Shown here: piece by piece, positions 5,969-11,129 of the stretch
Numbering within the stretch: the first letter of the stretch is position 1
How the letters are laid out: each line of letters opens with the position of its first letter
Virus record (IMG/VR): IMGVR_UViG_2617270947_000015
DNA: 11,129 nucleotides
Source: a virus
Lineage: Duplodnaviria > Heunggongvirae > Uroviricota > Caudoviricetes
Strand: one strand, 5' to 3'
Made by a program: the position numbers and the translations under genes
The notes under the pieces: model-generated
Database searches by the model: none
What the model was told of the DNA's origin: nothing
The model's input: only the letters and a program-made list of their open reading frames with translations

Positions 5969-7023
5969 TGGCAGGCAAAGCAACGGCACTTAACACTAAC
6001 CAGCTTTTCATGTACCTGAATCGCGGGGATATTGCGGATTTTAAATTCAGCCCTCTGTTTACTACGCTGTTTTTCCCGAACGTGGCGACATTCAGCACGC
6101 AAAACATCATGCTGGATACCCTGGACATTGAAGAAGTCACCATGTCGGCGTTTTGTTCGCCTATGGTGGGTAGCCAGGTTCAGCGCGATAAAGGGTACGA
6201 AACCAGCACGATTAAACCTGGCTACATGAAGCCAAAGCACGAAATCGATCCAACGAAAACCATCATGCGCATGGCTGGAGAAGATCCGGCACAGCTTAAC
6301 GACCCTACCTATCGCCGTATGCGCCTGATTACTGGCAATATGCGCCGCCAGATAAACGCCATAAAAGCGCGCGTGGAATGGCTGGCGGTAAATGCGGTAA
6401 CGACCGGAAAAAACATCATTGAGGGCGAAGGCATAGAGCGCTATGAAATCGACTGGAAGATACCGGAAAAAAACATCATAGAGCAGGCCGACGGGAAAAA
6501 ATGGTCAGAGCAGGACAAAGAAACCCACGATCCAATCTATGATATCGAACTATACGCCGATCAGGCTGGTTGCCCCGCAAACGTCATGATTATGGGCGCT
6601 GAGGTATGGCGAACGTTACGCAGCTTTAAAAAATTCCGTGAGCTGTACGATCTTTCCCGTGGTTCAGAATCCGCCGCCGAACTGGCCTGTAAAAACCTGG
6701 GCGAAGTGGTGAGCTTTAAAGGCTATCTTGGTGATCTGGCCCTTATCGTCTATTCCGGCAAATACACTGACAGCGATGGTACCGAAAAATATTTCCTTGA
6801 GCCTGATTTGCTGGTCCTGGGCAACACCAACAATAAAGGGCTGGTGGCCTATGGTGCGATAATGGATCAGGAAGCGGTAAGAACGGGCGCAACACAAAAC
6901 ATGTTTTACCCGAAAAACTGGATTGAGGACGGCGATCCGGCGATTGAGTACGTGCAGACACACAGTGCACCGCAGCCGGTACCGGCAGATATTCGCAAAT
7001 TTGTTACCGTCAAAATTGGTTAA
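5968..7023 (+). CDS. Major capsid protein, lambda gpE-like (351 aa)
   Basis: Collinear similarity to lambda gpE as I recall it: FKFSPLF..LFF, TIKPGYMKPKHEIDP, EDPAQLNDPTYRRMR, KWSEQDKETHDP, LRSFK, SFKGYLGDLALIVYSGKY, LVLGNT, YPKNWIEDGDPA, with similar length. Strong GGGGGTGA Shine-Dalgarno. Confidence 0.85.
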   Translation: MAGKATALNTNQLFMYLNRGDIADFKFSPLFTTLFFPNVATFSTQNIMLDTLDIEEVTMSAFCSPMVGSQVQRDKGYETSTIKPGYMKPKHEIDPTKTIMRMAGEDPAQLNDPTYRRMRLITGNMRRQINAIKARVEWLAVNAVTTGKNIIEGEGIERYEIDWKIPEKNIIEQADGKKWSEQDKETHDPIYDIELYADQAGCPANVMIMGAEVWRTLRSFKKFRELYDLSRGSESAAELACKNLGEVVSFKGYLGDLALIVYSGKYTDSDGTEKYFLEPDLLVLGNTNNKGLVAYGAIMDQEAVRTGATQNMFYPKNWIEDGDPAIEYVQTHSAPQPVPADIRKFVTVKIG

Positions 7024-7035
7024 CGGGGGGATTCT

Positions 7036-7371
7036 ATGGACACTCCATACATTGAGTTATTTGCAGGCAGTCAGCAGGTCGCCACGACGCTGGTACATTT
7101 TGCCGCTGATGCTGGCGTTATTCAGGAATTTACCCCGCTGATGCTGGCAGACAATGGCGAGTTTAAGCCGTGGGATGGTCAGGAATCTGGCAAGGCTGTT
7201 TATCTGACCTCGTACCCTGTGGACACGTCAAAGCAGAAATCAGCACAGTGTTACAAGACGGGGATTTTCAATATTGCCGCCGTTAACTGGCCTGAGAGCG
7301 TCGACACCGATGCGAAAAAATGCGCCGCCTTTGCGGGTTCTGGCGTATCCGTTCAGCCGCTGGCCCGATAA
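7036..7371 (+). CDS. Head decoration protein, lambda gpD-like (111 aa)
   Basis: Same length class as lambda gpD with shared motifs TPLML, WDG, YKTGIF (lambda YKSGTF), WPE, DAKK.AAFAG. GGGGGG Shine-Dalgarno. Adjacent to the gpE-like gene. Confidence 0.75.
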   Translation: MDTPYIELFAGSQQVATTLVHFAADAGVIQEFTPLMLADNGEFKPWDGQESGKAVYLTSYPVDTSKQKSAQCYKTGIFNIAAVNWPESVDTDAKKCAAFAGSGVSVQPLAR

Positions 7372-7383
7372 GCAGGGGGAACG

Positions 7384-7797
7384 ATGGCAACGAATGAAAG
7401 CGTCATGACGCTACCGCTGGCGAGTAAATTTAAAGCCGAAGCGCGGGCAATGGCTGACAGAGGTTTATCAACCTACGAGGCCGTATATCAACTCAACAAA
7501 CTGGAAGAGCAGGACAAGCCGCGCGCTGATGCGATTATGGCGCTTCATGAACATAACGACTATCAGCCGCTGTTACGTGCAATGGCAAACGTGCCATGTA
7601 TTAGCGTCGATAATGCTCGTGAAATCCTGAACATGACCATAGAGCAGGAGCGCCCAAAGGTTGCGCCGGAGCTTACCGCAGCCTTTGAAAACTTTATGGA
7701 CATGCACAGCCCGAAAGCCGTATCACCCGGCATGGCATACGACGGCAGAAACCAGGGCGATGAAGGCGACGTCGATCGCATACTGAAAACCATCTGA
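7384..7797 (+). CDS. Hypothetical protein (137 aa), last gene of the capsid operon, immediately upstream of cos
   Basis: GGGGGAACG Shine-Dalgarno. Translation MATNESVMTLPLASKFKAEARAMADRGLSTYEAVYQLNKLEEQDKPRADAIMALHEHNDYQPLLRAMANVP.... The terminator hairpin and cos site follow directly. Confidence 0.6.
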   Translation: MATNESVMTLPLASKFKAEARAMADRGLSTYEAVYQLNKLEEQDKPRADAIMALHEHNDYQPLLRAMANVPCISVDNAREILNMTIEQERPKVAPELTAAFENFMDMHSPKAVSPGMAYDGRNQGDEGDVDRILKTI

Positions 7798-7803
7798 CAT
7801 AAG

Positions 7804-7826
7804 GCCGGAGAAATCCGGCTTTTTTT
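7804..7826 (+). terminator. Rho-independent terminator fused to the upstream edge of the cos site
   Basis: Stem GCCGGA (7804-7809) / TCCGGC (7814-7819), loop GAAA, then TTTTTTT (7820-7826). Confidence 0.7.
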
Positions 7827-7900
7827 ACGGGTCCTTTCCGGCATATGGACCCGTTACGGGGCGGCGACCTCGCGGGTTTTCGCTATTTATGACGTTTTTC
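7827..7900 (+). other. Lambda-type cos site (cosQ-cosN plus start of cosB), intact copy A
   Basis: ACGGGTCCTTTCCGG...GTTACG-GGGCGGCGACCTCGCGGGTTTTCGCTATTTATGA. The 12-nt lambda cohesive-end sequence GGGCGGCGACCT is exact at 7859-7870, and the flanks match the lambda right-end/left-end junction as I recall it. A Nu1-like gene follows, as in lambda. Confidence 0.85.
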
Positions 7901-7959
7901 CGTGAAGGTGACACCACCACCACTTGATTAATATTTAACCATGCGGTTAAGGTAACATT

Positions 7960-8400
7960 ATGATTGATAAAGCTTGTTTTGTAAGTCAGCAGGAAATAGC
8001 TGAACATTTCAAGGTTAACAGAACCACTATTCGCGCATGGACCAAACAGGGGATGCCGTATCTTAATGCGGATCGCGGAAAGTCTGGCGGTTATCACATC
8101 GGGCATACATTGCTTTGGTCTTCAGGTAAAAGCCGTCTTGAGGCCATCAGATATCACGTAGAAACCAGTGCGCTGGAAAAAATTATGTTTGCCAGGCTGC
8201 TTTCATCTGAGCGTGACGAGTACTCCAGTGAAGAAACAGAACATCGATTTGATGAAGGTTTGCAGATTTACGGCTATTCACCGGAAGATGTGAGCAAGGC
8301 ACGAAATAAAATGGCTGGCTTTCTGGCTGGGTGGCGTCATGCCGTAAGCGTTCGCCGTGCCAGCATGGAACAATCAGTCGTTACAGAACAGCAAAGTTAA
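7960..8400 (+). CDS. Small-terminase-like DNA-binding protein (lambda Nu1-like winged HTH N-terminus, 146 aa); candidate cos-recognition / packaging-redirection factor
   Basis: N-terminus VSQQEIAEHFKVNRTTIRAWTKQGMPYLNADRGKSGG aligns with lambda Nu1 VNKKQLADIFGASIRTIQNWQEQGMPVLRGGGKGN. It sits about 60 bp downstream of cos, in the lambda Nu1 position, but no large-terminase gene follows. Confidence 0.7.
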   Translation: MIDKACFVSQQEIAEHFKVNRTTIRAWTKQGMPYLNADRGKSGGYHIGHTLLWSSGKSRLEAIRYHVETSALEKIMFARLLSSERDEYSSEETEHRFDEGLQIYGYSPEDVSKARNKMAGFLAGWRHAVSVRRASMEQSVVTEQQS

Positions 8401-8430
8401 AAATCACTTTCTGTTACGCCATCAAATACG

Positions 8431-8580
8431 CAATACAACAACCACGTATTTTTTTAAAACTATTTGATTCAATTAGCATTTTTTTATTTTTAGCATCAAA
8501 AAAACACTATCAGGTTGTTGTATTGCTCTTTATTTTTACTTAGTTATCAAATGGATATGACAAACAATTAAACAACAACC
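8431..8580. repeat. AT-rich non-coding region with three copies of a GGTTGTTGT-type motif (candidate cosB-like protein-binding sites for the inverted cos copy)
   Basis: CAATACAACAACC at 8431-8443 and its perfect inverse GGTTGTTGTATTG at 8513-8525, 69 bp apart, plus AAACAACAACC at 8570-8580. The sequence between them is extremely AT-rich. Confidence 0.5.
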
Positions 8581-8595
8581 TCCCTCTAAAAAAGC

Positions 8596-8663
8596 TCATA
8601 AATAGCGAAAAACCGCGAGGTCGCCGCCCCGTAACGGGCCATAATTCCAGGAAGGACCCGACG
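8596..8663 (-). other. Second lambda-type cos site in inverted orientation (copy C)
   Basis: Minus-strand reading is GGGTCCTTCCTGGAATTATGGCCCGTTACG-GGGCGGCGACCTCGCGGTTTTTCGCTATTTATGA. The reverse complement of the 12-mer, AGGTCGCCGCCC, is at 8618-8629. About 65 bp are near-identical to copy A, but this copy lacks the upstream terminator hairpin. Confidence 0.8.
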
Positions 8664-8693
8664 ACACCAGACTATCAGAACGATGGGGGCACA

Positions 8694-8975
8694 ATGACAG
8701 AAGCCGAAATACTGCGATTAATCCGCCGCGTTGCCGGAATCAGCCAGCAGCATGACGAACAGGCCACGCAGCCGGACAGCGTGACCGCTGAAAATTATGT
8801 GCGTGTTGTTGCTGAGGTGATGCGCCGTGATGGTATCCAGCTTAATGATGTTGATATGCGCGACATACGGATCCGCGTTCTGGAAATGCTGGCCTACAAT
8901 CGCCGCGTTGAACTGTATCGGGAGAAAGAAAAAATAACGTACCACTGGAAGAAGCCGGAGCGGTTGCGGCGGTAA
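8694..8975 (+). CDS. Hypothetical protein (93 aa)
   Basis: GGGGG Shine-Dalgarno 5 nt upstream of the ATG. Translation MTEAEILRLIRRVAGISQQHDEQATQPDSVTAENYVRVVAEVMRRDGIQLNDVDMRDIRIRVLEMLAYNRR.... Confidence 0.55.
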   Translation: MTEAEILRLIRRVAGISQQHDEQATQPDSVTAENYVRVVAEVMRRDGIQLNDVDMRDIRIRVLEMLAYNRRVELYREKEKITYHWKKPERLRR

Positions 8976-9587
8976 CTGGTTGATATTTTCGAAATTCGCC
9001 AGCGGCGAACATCGGGGAAACCAGCCTAACCCGTTGATATTTTCGGAAACCTCAATTTGAGGAAGTCGGCGCGGTAACTCGCTGAACTTAAAGCAAAGCG
9101 CAAAATTGCGCTTGCTGAATAATCATTATGATTACGCAGATGATTAAGGAATGACCGAAGGCGGAAATTCGCCTGTGGTTAATGGGGGAGTTGCAGATCT
9201 GCAACTCGACCATGAAACTACGGAAACTACCCGTAGTTTGGGTAGTAAGAGTAACACCCAGATTTTGGGGCTTACTCGTGATACCCAAATTTGGGGTATC
9301 GGTGGCAACCATAACGACTTTCGTTACGGTTGATGCTTTTACCCCATTGGGGGAAAGGTATTACGATAATCATAACACCTACCGAACAGGTAAAGCCCAC
9401 CAGCCTGATTAACGTTTAACCGGAAAAAAATTCCGGTAGGTGGGGATCCCCATATAGACATTAACGCCCCTCATGAATTGGTGCGCTTCCCCCTGGAAAG
9501 ATGATCCGCCTGTATATTTCTTGTGTCTATTTGTTCCACGTTGTTTCATACGGTGCACCGAACGGTGTAGTTAATGGTGTAGTCAAT
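8966..9587. repeat. Repeat- and palindrome-dense non-coding region between the last island ORF and phoQ (candidate att arm / regulatory region)
   Basis: Direct repeats GTTGATATTTTCG(A/G)AA at 8979-8994 and 9033-9049; GCGGTAACT at 8968-8976 and 9071-9079. Palindromes AAGCGCAA-aa-TTGCGCTT (9096-9113), GTTGCAGATCTGCAAC (9190-9205), AAACTAC-cc-GTAGTTT (9224-9239), CCGGAA-aaaaa-TTCCGG (~9420-9437), CGGTGCACCG (9551-9560). Tandem GGTGTAGTTAAT / GGTGTAGTCAAT (9564-9587). Confidence 0.5.
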
Positions 9588-9668
9588 TTGCGATTTTTGG
9601 CACTTTTTCAGTGTAGATTATTTAATTAAATCAATGGTTTGTCTTGATATAGTGATAAAAGGGCATAT

Positions 9669-11129
9669 TTATTCATCTTTCGGCGCAGAATGCTGGCGAC
9701 CAAAAATCACCTCCATCCGCGCACCGCCCAGCATGCTCTCTCCGGCGACGATTTTACCCTCATATTGCTCGGTGATTTCGCGGGCTACCGCCAGCCCTAC
9801 ACCTTGCCCAGGGCGTAAAGTATCAACCCGTTGACCACGGTCGAAAATGACCTCTCGCTTGCTTAATGGAATACCGGGGCCATCATCCTCGACCACAATA
9901 TAGAGATGCTCGTCGGTTTGCCTTGCAGAAATTTCGACAAACTCGAGGCAATATTTACAGGCATTATCCAGCACGTTGCCCATCACCTCGACAAAATCGT
10001 TCTGCTCACCGACAAAGCTGATCTCTGGCGAAATATCGAGAGAGATATTGACCCCTTTGCGTTGATACACTTTGTTCAGCGCTGAGGTGAGATTGTCCAG
10101 CAGTGGGGCGACCGGATGCAGCTCGCGGCTGAGCAATGTCCCGCCGCGCATACTGGCACGATGCAGGTAGTAGCCAATTTGCTGTGAAATGCGGCTGATT
10201 TGCTCCAGCATTACCGGCTCAGCATCACTGACGCTCATCTTTTCACTACGCAGAGAACGCAGCGTACTTTGCAGCACCGCCAGTGGCGTTTTCAGACTAT
10301 GGGTCAGGTCGGTGAGCGTCGTACGGTATTTGTCGTAACGTTCGCGTTCACTTTTTAACAATCGGTTCAGGTTTCGTACCAGACTGGTCAGTTCTCGCGT
10401 TGTGGCTGGATTGAGCAATTCGCGGTTATGTTCTTCCAGTTCGCGGACTTCTTTTGCCAGGGCTTCGATGGGGCGTAAACTCCACCAGGCGGCGACCCAC
10501 AGCAGCGGGATCACTAACAGCAGATTGGCTGAGAGCACATAGATAAACCAGCTCCAGACCATATAGGAACTTTTTAGCTCCACCGGAATGGTATCCACCA
10601 CCACAATGGTTAATTTTGGCATCCGCGATGTTGCCGGGTAGACGTTTACTGCCACCGAGTGGGTCATCTCCGCGTCGTCATCATCTTCCCGCACTTCCTG
10701 CAACTGTTGCTGTATCGAATGATCTCCACTCAGCAAGAGGCTGGTATCGTTAACATCCGCTTCAATTTCATGAAAACCATTCGATTTCAGCCAGTCAGGC
10801 TGGATCATCTTCATCAGCCAGGGCACGTCACGTTGCGCCCATAAAAGCTGCCCGTTCTCATCATAAATTAGCGTCATGGTGGGGCTTTGCTTGTCGATAT
10901 TTTCGGGTAACTCGACATGCAACTTATTGTTTTCCCACTTCGCAAGGGTATAGAACAGATTGCTCTCGCCACGTAACAGCCGAAACGTAGTTTTATCGAA
11001 ACTGACGCTATAACCGATCAGCGCGACCATTCCGTAGGCAAGCGAAAGCACCAGTACTACCGCTGCCGTTGCCAACAGAAAACGTACCCGCAGCGAGAGC
11101 GGGAAAAAAAGACGCAGTAATTTTTTCAT
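9669..11129 (-). CDS. phoQ: Sensor histidine kinase PhoQ of the PhoP/PhoQ two-component system, complete, 486 aa
   Basis: Translation [83 protein letters not shown]...HSAPKDE matches E. coli PhoQ: two transmembrane segments, periplasmic sensor domain, HAMP, DHp histidine box ([12 protein letters not shown]) and HATPase domain. The start codon is the last three bases of the window. Confidence 0.97.
   Translation of the reverse strand: MKKLLRLFFPLSLRVRFLLATAAVVLVLSLAYGMVALIGYSVSFDKTTFRLLRGESNLFYTLAKWENNKLHVELPENIDKQSPTMTLIYDENGQLLWAQRDVPWLMKMIQPDWLKSNGFHEIEADVNDTSLLLSGDHSIQQQLQEVREDDDDAEMTHSVAVNVYPATSRMPKLTIVVVDTIPVELKSSYMVWSWFIYVLSANLLLVIPLLWVAAWWSLRPIEALAKEVRELEEHNRELLNPATTRELTSLVRNLNRLLKSERERYDKYRTTLTDLTHSLKTPLAVLQSTLRSLRSEKMSVSDAEPVMLEQISRISQQIGYYLHRASMRGGTLLSRELHPVAPLLDNLTSALNKVYQRKGVNISLDISPEISFVGEQNDFVEVMGNVLDNACKYCLEFVEISARQTDEHLYIVVEDDGPGIPLSKREVIFDRGQRVDTLRPGQGVGLAVAREITEQYEGKIVAGESMLGGARMEVIFGRQHSAPKDE

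Noticed and set aside
5823-6240. Minus-strand ORFs of 95 and 106 aa
   Set aside because: They are antisense to the small capsid-operon ORF and the major capsid gene, with no independent support.
9151-9412. Overlapping small ORFs (60-76 aa) in the region before phoQ
   Set aside because: Low-complexity translations without ribosome-binding sites; the DNA is dominated by palindromes and repeats, so these are most likely chance frames across a regulatory or att region.
9340-9668. tRNA or tmRNA fragment as integration target
   Set aside because: I looked for a T-loop (GTTCRANYC) or acceptor stem with CCA and found none. The tandem GGTGTAGTTAAT repeats resemble a D-arm only superficially.
9634-9834. 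66-aa plus-strand ORF
   Set aside because: Antisense overlap with the phoQ 3' end; the translation is non-protein-like.

Overview
The right end of the window (9669-11129, minus strand) is a complete phoQ sensor kinase gene, so the host is an E. coli/Shigella-type enterobacterium. Everything to its left (382-9668) reads as a compact phage-satellite-like island (PICI-like, lambdoid cos-helper type), not ordinary chromosome. From left to right it contains: two small leftward genes behind a divergent operator-bearing promoter region; a rightward operon of small ORFs ending in a P4/D5-family primase-helicase; an iteron-rich putative origin; an SSB-like gene; a capsid module with lambda gpE-like major capsid and gpD-like decoration proteins; and a near-canonical lambda cos site followed by a Nu1-like small-terminase-type protein. 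The most unusual feature is that the cos site occurs three times: the intact copy, a second copy in inverted orientation with its own repeat-rich flank, and a degenerate direct copy upstream of the capsid genes. The island's left side is interrupted by an IS3-family element (IS629/IS1203-like, from recalled terminal sequence) that runs off the window. No integrase is in the window, so the island boundaries and att site cannot be defined. All homology statements are from reading the translations against remembered family sequences; no searches were run.
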